Below are positions 1-11,483 of a stretch of DNA of 33,339 bases, in pieces (within the stretch, counting starts at the first letter, position 1; each line of letters begins with the position of its first letter). Made by a program: the position numbers and the translations under genes. This DNA comes from Catajapyx aquilonaris (Eukaryota), in contig KZ539107.1 of the NCBI GenBank assembly GCA_000934665.2, positions 1 through 33,339 on the forward strand, given 5' to 3'. A model generated the notes under the pieces. That model was not told the DNA's origin. It saw only the letters and a program-made list of their open reading frames with translations, and made no database searches.

Positions 1-318
1 GTCCCAATTCGTATGTCACAGACAGGTGGTCCGACATTTTGTTCACAGCTGACCCCGTTATCAGCGCCACCACGGCAAGAAGTGTCAACCTGCGCCCGCT
101 AAAGCGCCGCCGCGGAAGAAGTGTCAAGCTACGCTCGACACAGTAGCAAGGTGTCACTGAGGTGTCACTGAGGTGTCACTGAGGTGTCACCCAGATAAAT
201 TCTCATGAATTCCCGCACATTTTGAATCATGCTTCACTTCCGTAGGTGCACGTAGGTGTACTCGTTGGAAAGTTATTCGGAAATAAAAAAAATAGGCACC
301 GACTTCTGATACACCTTG
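1..318. mobile_element. Right part of a Tc1/mariner-type MITE cut by the window edge
   Basis: Ends in CTGATACACCTTG (306-318), resembling the CTGATACACCCTG terminus of the MITE at 1489-2098. The left end is not in the window. Confidence 0.4.
149..190. repeat. 11-bp tandem repeat (AGGTGTCACTG) x3.8
   Basis: Perfect head-to-tail copies. Related GTGTCAA motifs lie upstream near 82 and 121. Confidence 0.95.
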
Positions 319-478
319 ATAGTCTATAGTCTATACGTACAGTGCATACATAAGCACTATCGATTTTCAGAAGATTCCCTCAAAATAAAGTTCTCGGAAA
401 AAATAACAACGGAGTCGACTTTCCTCATCTTAAAGAGGTTTCAAATAAACAGCAACAAAAAGTTTCTATACAAGTACA

Positions 479-845
479 CAGGATGATTGAAAAAAATATG
501 ATACCAGCGGGATACCACAGGTTCAGGACACCATCCCGAATCGAAAATGTCCGTTGTATTTTGTATTAAAAATATGAGGTGCTGCAGCCCCACAAAGTTC
601 GGGGAAATTTTTAAAGAGAGATTCTGGTAAGTATATAGTGATTTGTCCAAACACAACGACCCGGAAGGTCGTGTCTCGACAAATCGTTGTTTACTAACAT
701 TGTTTATTTGAAAATTTTCGGAAACTTTTCGGGGCTATAACGCCTCGACCGTAATTTTCCCGACAAATTATACTCTTCTATTCACAATAATATTGTGTCC
801 TGTACCATTGCTATCACGCTCCCATCGTATCTTCCTAACACCCTG
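479..845. mobile_element. Degenerate Tc1/mariner-type MITE
   Basis: Left end CAGGATGATTGAAAAAAATATGATACCAGCGGGATACCACAGGTTCAGGACAC aligns with the reverse complement of the right end, CAGGGTGTTAGGAAGATACGATGGGAGCGTGATAGCAATGGTACAGGACAC. TA follows the right end. Confidence 0.65.
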
Positions 846-1488
846 TAGCTACGTTGCAAATAACTACTGCATAAAGCAGAAATGCGTAATAATCCTCCCA
901 CATATCAAAGCAACATGTTCATCGCGTGTTCCTCTTATACATTTAACTATTATGAAATGAAGTGAACCAATATTATATTGCTACCAGAGCCGCATGCAAT
1001 CAATGTGAGATGCGGAGGCTAAATCTGCTTGCTTGCCTCGCAACGTTCCTCAGTAAACCACGTTCCGACGGGAGCCACATCACGTATTTCACGTTTGAAG
1101 TACTGTAAATCGATTCGTTCCTTCATTTAAAATATTTAGCAATTGCTTCCATGCCCTTTCTTACTTCTTCGGATCAGTACAGTACATGTTTGGCAGAATG
1201 ATGTTACAGAGGTGATTCTGGCGATTAAAGAACTCTTATTCAATTTGTAAAGGTTAGGCTGGAGGGAGGAAAGTACTTTTATAATAGGCGTACTCCTGAT
1301 ATGGAATATTCTTCTGTGATTAGATTGCGTGTATAACGGAGTGGTCTGACCAGCAGGATGTTAATCATCATTAATGTAGGTGACAAAAACACAAATGGCA
1401 TACGTATTATGATCTCCGTCACGGCGACGCGAGATCACTTCCTACGAGGCTATATAATGTCACGTTAGAACTTGGAAAGAAACCTATA

Positions 1489-2098
1489 TAGGGTGTATCA
1501 GAGTCACGGGTCAAGCGCGCGCGAGGGGGTGGGGAAAAATCGTAGGTGGCGTCAACCCCGGTCGGTTTTATTAAACAATTAGAAATACGGCAGAAATCAA
1601 TTTATTTATTACGGCCGTACGGCGTGACGTCACATCCTCTCTGTTCGAATTGAGCCTGGCGCACGTCATATGCAAGGCAAGAGTGCAGTGGTTTGAAGCT
1701 GCTTGACCGGTTTTTAGCCTTGCGGTTGCACTGAAACAGGCGCTCTCATGCTACACTGGCAGGGTACTGTACAAAGTAGTGTGCTACTGTACAGTGGTGT
1801 GTTCAGTACTCTGCCGGTGTAGCATGAGAGCGCCTTTTTCAGTGCATCCAGCAAGGCTAAAAACCTGTCAACCAGCTTCAAACCCGTTCAAACTACTGCA
1901 CTCTTGCCTTGCATTTGCCGTGCGCGCCAGGCTCAGTTCGAACAGAAAGTAGGATGTGACGTCACGCCGTACGGCCGTAATAAATAAATTGATTACTGCC
2001 GTATTTCTAATTGTTTTATAAAACCGACCGGGGTTGTCGCACCTACAATTTTTCCCACCCCCTCGCGCGCACTTGACCCGTGACTCTGATACACCCTG
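1489..2098. mobile_element. Foldback (almost fully palindromic) Tc1/mariner-type MITE
   Basis: About 280-bp inverted arms with termini (T/C)AGGGTGTATCAGAGTCACGGGTCAAG, a short spacer near 1770-1805, and TA flanks at 1487-88 and 2099-2100. Confidence 0.92.
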
Positions 2099-3008
2099 TA
2101 GATCCAAGATGATGAGACCACTTTTAATACGTCCTGTATTGCACTGGATAATGAATTGCAACACATGTTTAAACATACTAAAATTGAAATTATGATGACA
2201 TACCGTATACAGGTATACTGTACTTGATCCAAAATGCTGGTCCTATTTATGTGTGATTTTTACACTAAAGGGGATTATTATGCAGTTACACTTTCAGTGG
2301 GTTTCAAAGGTATTTGCTGTTAGATTAGGCATAATTGAGTCATAATAATATCCTAGCTCAGAATGGGGAAGTAGCCTTCATTTTGGAAACTACATAATAA
2401 ATTCGCCCATATTTTTTGGATTTTTTTGGCATATTCCGTTTTAAGATATCAGTTTCAGTTCCGGAGATATTGGCGTTTTTTCGTAGGCAAATGGTGACGT
2501 CACTGTTTGCCTGGAAAATATTGACGTCACGCGAAGTGAAATGAACGCAAAAATGGTGTTATAGAACGCGCCCCGTCATTGTCGTAAAATTCTTCACTGT
2601 TGTTAGCAACCGTCCCATTCCGTGAGCAAGATAGCGGCCGGGGCGCGTATTTATTCCTGGCCGCTCAAGCCGCTCCTGTGCTGACAGTGGTGCCAACTGG
2701 TAGGAATTATCTGTCACCCGAATTCGGCACATGAAGGCCCCTTTTCTCCACCTCGATGGCCTACAGCCGCCTTGCGAATGCTTTCCGTCGTGTCCGCGGT
2801 TAATTCAAAGTCAAATTCCTCATATCTCGCAGTCAACCAGGCATATCAGTGTACCCTTTCGATTGGCACCACTCTGTTGCTCTGTTTTTCCCGCCAATTT
2901 TGAAGGCACTTTTAAATGTGCCGTAATTTATCCAGTAATGTCATTTTGATGCAACAGAGTGATGGAATGTATGTTTACTGGCATGGGCTAGCTAGTTATG
3001 AACAAAAA

Positions 3009-3071
3009 TCCCAAATCCCAGACCAAGACTAGTTCCCCAATGGGGAACTAGCCTTGGTCTGGGATTTGGGA
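3009..3071. repeat. 63-bp palindrome with 1-nt centre
   Basis: TCCCAAATCCCAGACCAAGACTAGTTCCCCA-A-TGGGGAACTAGCCTTGGTCTGGGATTTGGGA, with one mismatch. Confidence 0.95.
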
Positions 3072-4412
3072 ATGACGTTAACATTGGGAATATCCCATTG
3101 GAACAATTAGCATGGAGCATCAATCAATTTTTGCCGACCTGACCCATTTTGCAGTCTTTTCAAAAGATGGCTCCACACAAGCTAATAGTATAGTAGCTAG
3201 TATTTGCACTACTTATAAGTACTGTATTATAACCACTGCAAGTAACAAGTAACCAAAAAATAGCACAGAAATCGGGCCAGTATTTTGGAGCACCCTTTAT
3301 AACTCGTGAGTGCCACTTCCTCACACCGACTTCACATAATAAGTTATGACAAATGAGAAATGTGCCCCAGGTAATGACACTCACAGGATAGCCTGAGAGC
3401 GACCTCAATAATATTTGGCAATAGCACATCGCCGACTATTTTTATTTTCCCTATTTTCCAGCGGAGTCAGCCTATTTTTGGCAGAAGGAAAACAAATCAC
3501 AGTAGAAGAAGTGTCAGTGTCAATTGCCTCTCTCGCTATCTCCTAACACCAACGATAAAGATCCTTTCTCTACAGCTAGCTACATATCCCGTCCTATAAT
3601 GTGGGCTGGCCAGCAATGAATCGTCCTCGTTTAAAATTCACGAGCGTGGATGCTGCATTGGTGGCGTGGGTTGGAGGAGGGATGAAAACGCTTAGAAATG
3701 GCAGCAAGAGCAGCTCCAAAGGGCGTGCATTGATCCAATGCGTCCCTCAATGCGATACTGGTGTAGGGTGAGCTGGTACAGAAAAGCAGGATAAAGAAAC
3801 CAACATCTGTCTCACTCCCAGATTATATTAATTATAATTATATTATTATTTTTCATAGTATAAGAGTTTGTTTGAAAACAGACAGGAATGTCAAATTGGA
3901 GCAGGTCTTATTCCGTACCCATTCATTGCGTTGGTCTTTTATGTCACCGGGTGTTCCTCATCAACGAAAGCACACAATACCGCACTTACGTCAGTATATG
4001 CAAATTAGGGCTGGAGATGGATTTTTTTGGAAAGCTTTTTTTTTTTTTTGCTTTAAAACGCTCTTTGGGATCCCCTGCACCTCCAGTGAAAGTCCTAAAA
4101 AATCTGGGCTGGGAAACCTATTTAAATTTTGAAAAATTTCTGCCATTTTGGAAATTACAAAAAAATGCGATCATATGAGAACGGTAGGCCATAACATGAT
4201 GCTGCTTGACCGAATATATGCCATTTCAACAAAGAATATTTCCAACATCTTGTTGTTACGTTTTTTATTCGCCCTAACTCAAATTTCGCTGCTGGTAGCG
4301 CTTTGAAATTTTAAACACACATCCCTACCGCCGCGCCCGCGCCGTAAAGTACATTCCTACCTTTTACACTCATACCGAATTCCTCTTCAATACACCGCAA
4401 AAAATTACAAAC

Positions 4413-4418
<6 letters not shown>

Positions 4419-4498
<80 letters not shown>

Positions 4499-4752
4499 CC
4501 CGTGATAGGCCTCCTTGGGCCCCTTAGGGGATCATCTTTTCGTGAACCGTCTTTACTCATTGCCTGCGCTGTGATGGATTTTGATAGTGGGAGGAAACGG
4601 GAGAACCCCGAGAAAACCCACGCGAACACGGAGAGAACCCATCGAAACTCTATCCACATTAAGTAAGTATCCTCCGTCCAACCCGGGGATCGAACTCGGG
4701 ACATTACAGGTGGAAGGCTGCGGCGCTAACCACTCCGCCACCGTGTCGCCCT
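4419..4752 (-). mobile_element. tRNA-derived SINE with V-domain-like core and (ATT)n tail
   Basis: Box A TGGCGGAGTGG and box B GAGTTCGATCC. Core reads GTGTTCGCGTGGGTTTTCTCGGGGTTCTCCCGTTTCCTCCCAC. 15-bp TSD ATTACAAACCATTAA at 4404-4418 and 4753-4767. Confidence 0.93.
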
Positions 4753-5214
4753 ATTACAAACCATTAAAAAACTCGATTTTATTTCTTTGCTCAATAACTA
4801 TTCGGAATTCAATTTCTTCGTCAAAGGGCCGAATGTGCAATGGGACGGTGTGGATCTGTGTTCAAAACCTCACAGTTCCACCTGCTATAGGATTTAAGTT
4901 ATAACTAGGTAGCCAGTTACCAAAATTTGGCAAAAATGGTTAGTCTCTCTGAAGGTACCTGAGTTTTCTTGTCTTAATTACAAATAAACGATCATAAATA
5001 ACACTATTATAAAGCCAGAGGCCGAACTGAAAATGTTGGCACCTTCGATTTAATTCCCCAAAAAGCCTTCAAAAATTCTCGCAGGGCCAACCAGATCTAT
5101 TTGTTATTTGTTACTCCAACCCCACTAATCAATGATCACATTTGTATATATAGTATACGGTATAGTATTAATAGTACAGGGGGGGGGGGGGNAGGATGCG
5201 AGGGGAGTGGGGCG

Positions 5215-5256
5215 GGACAGGAGGGACTGGAGAAAGGGAGAGAGAAAGAGAGAGAC

Positions 5257-5291
<35 letters not shown>

Positions 5292-6799
5292 CTGAGAGAG
5301 AGAGAGAGAGAGAGTCATGCATGACCCTTTCCTTAGTATGTAATATTGTAATGTCACTAATGTGGATGCACCACATTTTAATGATGATTTTGATGATTAT
5401 GATTATTATCAATTATCAATTATTTAAAAATAAATCAATACCTTGTGATATCATTTAAGCCAGTTAGGCAGTTTGGGCTTCTACTTGTTGAACATTATCA
5501 ACCTACCCGTCTGTGGCAATAGAGGGAAAATGCATTTACGGATTGTACAGTGTTCATACTGCAGGCATTCGGCAGTCTGAATGACTGCACAATCCGTAAA
5601 TGCATTTTCCCTCTATTGCCACAGACGGGTAGGTTGATAATGTTCAACAAGCATAGAGGCCCAAACTGCCTAACCGGCTTAAATGATATCACAAGGTATT
5701 GATTTATTTTTAAATAATTGATAATTGATAATAATCATAATCATCATTAAAATGTGGTGCATCCACATTAGTGACATTACAATATTACGAGGAGTGATCA
5801 AAAAGTAAGGTCTCCAAGGCTGTAACCTTGATTCTGTATGAACACAAATGACGAAACTTACAGGGTACATGAGGACAATGGACATCTACTTTTCTACATA
5901 GTTTCCACACCGAAGAACGCACTTCCCCCATCGCCAGACCAGTTTCTCAATCCCTTCCCAATAGAAAGGGGTGCCTGTTGACAGCACCAGTCACGCAGCC
6001 TTCTTCACCTCATCGTCGCTTCGGAAATGCTGACCTGCCATGTCTGCTTTCAGGGCTCTGAATACGTGATAGTCTGTGAGGGCTAGGTCGGGACTAGAGG
6101 GTGTGTGAGGAAGAACTTCCCAGTCGTATCCATTCAGCAAAGCCATGGTGTCCCTCGATGTGTCCGGGCAGGCGTTGTCTTGGAGAAGGATGACCCCAGC
6201 AGTGAGCAATCCTGGAAGTTGCGACTATCAATTCGGAGCGCAGTGACCCTGGCGAAGTTGCAGAAGGCAGGTTGCAGGTGGAAACGACCAGGATTGCTCA
6301 CTGCTGGGGTCATCCTTCTCCAAGACAACGCCTGTCCGGACACATCGAGGGACACCATGGCTTTGCTGAATGGATACGACTGGGAAGTTCTTCCTCACAC
6401 ACCCTATAGTCCCGACCTAGCCCTCACAGACTATCACTTATTCAGAGCCCTGAAAGCAGACATGGCAGGTCAGCATTTCCGAAGCGACGATGAGGTGAAG
6501 AAGGCTGCGTGACTGGTGCTGTCAACAGGGCAGCCCTTTCTATTGGGAAGGGATTGAGAAACTGGTCTGGCGATGGGAGAAGTGCGTTCTTCGGTGTGGA
6601 AACTATGTAGAAAAGTAGATGTCCATTGTCCTCATGTACCCTGTAAGTTTCGTCATTTGTGTTCATACAGAATCAAGGTTACAGCCTTGGAGACCTTACT
6701 TTTTGATCACTCCTCGTACATACTAAGGAAAGGGTCATGCATGACTCTCTCTCTCTCTCAGTCTCTCTCTCTCTCTCTCTCTCTCCCTCTCCCCTGTCC
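5215..6799. mobile_element. Foldback element or inverted duplication with (GA)n/(TC)n ends, interrupted by a mariner derivative
   Basis: Left arm about 5215-5551 is the reverse complement of 5585-5787 joined to 6719-6799 once 5788-6716 and one TA are removed. Outer ends are approximate. Confidence 0.85.
5788..6716. mobile_element. Palindromic non-autonomous mariner made of two inverted 3' halves
   Basis: Termini CGAGGAGTGATCAAAAAGTAAGG with TA TSD (5786-87, 6717-18). Both arms encode GVILLQDNA...HTP(Y/S)SPDLALTD with D34D spacing, on opposite strands. Spacer of 72 bp at 6216-6287. Confidence 0.95.
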
Positions 6800-7441
6800 A
6801 CATGATACAAGGTGTCAAGGATTTCGATTATCTTGGAAAGTCCTCACACCTATATTTTGAACGATTTGCTAGTCAGCGTAGGGAAGAAAAAAGTTTCAAT
6901 TCGTATATTGGCATGATTTACGATGAATACACAATTATTAGAAGGCACTGCGAATGCGCAGACAAGAGCGGGCGTGTTCCGTCCTGCCCATACGCAGCTC
7001 TTGTCCGAGTTTCAAACAGTTCAACGTCTGAAAACTGGTGGTGTATTCTTTGCAATATCTCTTCAAGCGTGCAGTTTGTTTTGTGGTGCAATACAATGTA
7101 TGACTCCACTATCTTACGTTCTGTGCTTTGGGTTTCCAAGCATGGTGTGACCTTACGAGACTTTCAATTTGCAGGTGGCGGCGCGGCGCGCGGAGGTGCC
7201 TTAGATAATGTACATATGGTCTAATAAGGGCGCGGTCGGTGCGGTGGTTGGAAAAAATAGCGGAAAAACCAGGAGGTTGATGAAGTTTTTAGAAGAAACG
7301 TGAATTTCTGAGGGGGGAAATTATTAGAACTCCAAAATCCAAAAGTTAAAATAGATTTACAGACCATAAAATAAGTTTGTCAGCTTATAGAGCGGAATGA
7401 TGTCATTGTTGCCAAGTGGAGTCGCACAAGTAGGTGACTAG

Positions 7442-7945
7442 GTGCATATTAACTGCAGAAAAAACTACACAAGTCGTCATCCTGGTAAAGTTCTGGGACA
7501 CTCGCCTGCGGTTGTACGCGCTCCACGGACGTCCCCCAATTTGATTTAAAAATGTGTTGCATATAAGTCTACCGAGGAGAGAAAATGAGCAATGAAGCCG
7601 TACAAAAGCACCCTGGGAAGTGTACTCACAATACGTATGCCCAAGTGGAAACACTTGGGATTATCCACTGTACTACGTTCTCCAGTAAATACCTACCTAC
7701 CGATGGTTTTCCTGGAGAAGAAAAACGATCAGTGGAGAAGAATATAGTGTTAGAAGCCGAATCAACGCAGAATTTGATATTGTGGCTGCAGAGGCATTAT
7801 TATTTGTCATTAAAGCAGTGTTTCATTTCGCCATCATGAAGTTCATTCAAGCCAAACAGATCATGCGATGAACTGAAGACCGAGAAGTTCAACAAAGTTT
7901 GCAACTACCTCGACAACAGTGGCGATTGCCAGTATTTGATCGAAT
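7442..7945 (+). pseudogene. Frameshifted N-terminal remnant of an Academ-like transposase
   Basis: Ordered motifs across frameshifts: VHINCRKNYT (7442), FDLKMCC (7540), KHP..VETL, KNDQW (7721), VRSRINAEFDIVAAEA (7749) and FNKVCNYLDNSGDCQY (7888). These match the VHxxCRxxYT / FDFxxxC / NDxW / DLxAAEA / FxKLCxYL..CQY series as I recall it from Academ-type proteins. Confidence 0.65.
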
Positions 7946-10262
7946 CTACGACTTTTGGCTGCCGGTCATTTGGCTGCCGTGCCATTTTCGTAATGAAAAA
8001 TTTATTGAACATGAGGGCACACGTATATCAGCGTCAGCTTGAACGTTGGCAAAGCCGCAATAATGTTTGTTGGCCTGCGTCGCCACAAGACGGACAGTAA
8101 ATGTTGCGGATTCAAAACTCACGATAAGCGCCTAGCTCCGCTGTCGCTCCACGCACGGGCGACGTACCGTGCCTGGTAGGGCCACAAGACGGACAGTATT
8201 GGTGCTGTCACCCCAAAGCCATACAGATGACACCAACACAACGGGCACAGCCTTTTTCGTTAATAGCCTAAAGGCCAAGTTGCATTAATTTATATGTACT
8301 CGGATTTTCATTCAACATCATGTCAACAACTCAGCTAGCCTGAACAGTCGGCAAGTAGACGTTCTTTTTGGGCGTCTGGAGGTTTTGCTGCTCTCTTTCA
8401 TCCCCTGCACGGTGATGGTGTTGTGGTCTGGAGTAGCCAACAGCCCGTCATTGAGATGGCTATCCTGCCTCACCCTTCCTGTGTTGTGGGCGTCTCCAGG
8501 GATTACGCCGATATCAACAACTCAGCTAGCCCGAACAGCCGGCATTCTTTTGTATCCCCCAATTTCTGTGAGTACCTGACCAGTCTCCAGAATATTTTGA
8601 TAATAATTAATTGGTCATGTATGATGGTAACGAGGACCTCTTCGTTATCCGCTGGCACTCCAGCATATCTCCAGCCATGTGTTCTAGCAACTCTGACCGC
8701 ATCCAAGTTACTATTTTTTCCAACCACCATCGCCACCACCTCCAAATTGAAAGTCTCGTAAGGTCATACCAGTTTCAGACGTTGAACACTTGAACTGTTT
8801 GCAACTCGGACAAGAGCGACGTATGCCAGGACGGAATACCCCCACTCTTGTCTGTTCGTGCCCAGTGCTTATTCTAATAATTGTGTATTCATAGTAAATC
8901 AAGCCAATATACGAATTGAAACTTATTTCTTCCCTATAAGCTGACTTGCAAATCGTTCAGAGTAGGTGTGATGACTTTCAAGAAAATCGAAATACTTCAT
9001 GACACCTTGTATCATGTATTTTGGTCACATTTATATAAATAAATTAACTTTCAAAAAATTTAGTCAGTCACTATGTAGTTTAAGTTTGAGAAAGCATTTA
9101 AACCAAAATAGCACAAGCAGCATCATTTTATGGCCTACCATTCTCATATAAACGCAATTTTTTGGAATTTCTCAAATGGCGAACATTTTTTAAAATTTAA
9201 GTAGGTTGACCAGCCCGGATTTTTAGGACTTTTCATTGGCGGTGCAGGGGATTCCAATAAGAACATTTTCAAACAAAAAATGGCTTTCCAAAATAAATAA
9301 AAAAATCAGTTTCGATCATTTTCAGGCTTAATTAGTGTATTTTCCTGTACTAACTACATGAGGTTGGTGTACGGAACTAGTCAGTGGATGACGCAAAATA
9401 GACGGCATCAGATTGGCGAAACGCAATGGGTGAAAGGAAGTGGAGAGGATGAGTTCTAATCGAGGTCAGGTTCAATGAGAGAATATTCTCGTCCGGTAAT
9501 GGTGAACGTGTTGATAGGAAGGATGAGGGAGACTAGAACACAGTGTGTAACATAAGCTCTCTAAACTGTACCCGTGACAAAGCAACGATTTACAGCAACG
9601 ACACCGGTCTCGGATTGAAGAGCCTGTATTAAGGTACTACTGTATAAACAAGTATAAACAGTGTTTTGGATAAACTTCTCCGGCGCTATACAATCAGCAG
9701 AACTATATACCAAAGGATACAATTTGTAGGGCAAACAACACATATTCGCCTTGCTACCAATGTGCTGATGGCATGGTTGTATGGCTTAGGATACGTTTGT
9801 CCGAAACTTTCTGTGACAACGCTGTGTCAAATAAAGTACCGGTATGGTGAAGCTCGTCTATAGCATCACTTTGGCACATTTATTCTACACAAAAATGATG
9901 CACTTATTCTAATCGTAATTTAAAATGCTGGGTGGTGCATTTTCTAGATCCATAGTTCAATAGGTACGTAGACTACAGGGAAGAAATAATGAATTACCGG
10001 TGTGTAAAAGAAGAAACACGATTGAAGCACTAAGTTTAGGGCCACATAATGTACTTGCCATAATTGTTCATTCGTTAAAAAATGGTTTATGGAGTAAACA
10101 ATTATTCATAACTTCTTCCCCTATCATTCTCTTGAACTAAGAATATGGGCAGTTCACCTTATTGCATATTTCACATGGGGGTTCCATACAGAAAATACCT
10201 CGCATATTACAACATTGTTTGTCCGTAAATAAAAAAGCATTTCCTGTATAGCCTTTAACACA

Positions 10263-10791
10263 AGAGGGGAGTTCATAAAGTTTTAAGCCCAACCATGAAG
10301 GAGTGCGAATTCCTAGCAGTAAATGGTACACCACGTATAGTACCACTCTTGTAATGGCTGCACACCATATTGCATCATCCAGATCGGAGGAATATAAGAA
10401 TATAAAAAGTAAATTGTGGTGCAAAATGCAGTGCGTTGTCGTCGGGCAGTTTGGAGCAGCGTACTGTGATCAGGTTTCTGCGAAACGATGCTCCTTCAGA
10501 TGCTGCCTCATCCTCCCTATTCACCAGATTTGGCCTCTTCGGACTATTTTCTGTTTCCAAATATGAAAAATACCTTCATGGAAGGCTGCATTCGTCTGAT
10601 TCAGAGTCGATGGATGCAGCGAAGGAGGTTCTGGTGGGGGGTTAGGAAAAGAATTATTTTATCGCGAGGGGATAGAAAAGCTGGAGAAACGGTGGAAGTG
10701 TGTGGACACCAAGGGGACTATGTTGAAAATTAAAATAGCCGCAGGTTCGTATCAATTCTCTTTTGGCTTAAAACTTTATGCACGACCATCG
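10263..10791 (+). mobile_element. Internally deleted mariner element
   Basis: N-terminal LEQRTVIRFL is fused to C-terminal LPHPPYSPDLASSDYFLF...GDYVEN. Degenerate TIRs share CATAAAGTTTTAAGCC. TA follows the right end. Confidence 0.85.
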
Positions 10792-11384
10792 TATTAAAAT
10801 GATGGCACAGATCTTTAGCTCTCACGGAACACAAAACTCAAGTAAACGGAAGCATTTTTAGAGCCCGGGTAACATTTTTGTAAGCCTATATCGAGCATCC
10901 TCGCCGCTAAGCCATCGCATCGCCACTTGGACATTCAATATATTGTATTCTCGTCTGCCAAACATTTTCCTTAAAAATCTGGAGCTTGAAAGATGCTCAA
11001 AGCCGACCCACTTGAATTATTGTTGCAGAAGGACGTGCGACAGTGTGCTGATTGCACGTGGCAGTCCTAGGTGGGCATTACTCAAAGTCTCTAACAGTTC
11101 AAATAGTGCACCTTTGAGAACACTGACGACTAACAGGCCCGTCAGTGACCTTCATTTGTTTATCACCTGCACAATATTTCTCTCTAAGATAGAGGTGACC
11201 AAGATACGGAGAAATAGGCTGGCGGCAGGAGTGCTCGACATTGACGTACAAAATCAGGTGTGGTGATTAAACTCAGCTTATAATGAAGAAATATCAAAAT
11301 AATGAGAATTCAAAGTCCCACATACATACCTTTTATGTCCAATGTGCAGCGATAGAAAACAAATTGGTCCCGTTATCTCTTCAG

Positions 11385-11483
11385 GTATGGAACTACAGAG
11401 TGGTCCAGAAATACTGCTTGGTTACTTCATAATCAAATCTGGAACAGACAGACATATACAGGTCTTATAAACGCCAATTATTG
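11385..11483 (+). CDS. Candidate internal exon of an unidentified host gene (YGTTEWSRNTAWLLHNQIWNRQTYTGLINANY)
   Basis: Acceptor TTATCTCTTCAG and consensus donor TG/GTAAGT. The exon is 99 nt, open in only one frame (phase 2-2), and lies in a TE-poor stretch. Confidence 0.45.

Larger units (their letters stand above)
4006..9330 (+). mobile_element. Internally deleted long-TIR DNA transposon, probably Academ superfamily, with nested insertions
   Basis: Concentric inverted repeats: 4006-4208 with 9114-9330, and 6800-7260 with 8706-9017. The right-hand partners are nearly contiguous, which suggests one ~620-bp TIR. Termini are TAGGGCTGG...TCAGGCTTA. Transposase-like motifs lie at 7442-7945. Confidence 0.65.

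Noticed and set aside
149..190. Short repeat array as a possible CRISPR
   Set aside because: Contiguous tandem units with no spacers, no cas genes, and a eukaryotic context.
2265..2900. Possible Kolobok-like element
   Set aside because: TE-like composition, but no matching second terminus or TSD was identified.
5991..6512. Mariner ORFs as functional transposase genes
   Set aside because: Only the C-terminal portion is present, with a premature stop. There is no DNA-binding domain or first catalytic Asp.
6808..9009. Independent TA-flanked CAAGGTG Tc1-like element
   Set aside because: The inverted match extends beyond the TA (ACATGATA/TATCATGT) and the interior is not Tc1-like. It is better explained as the inner part of the longer TIR.
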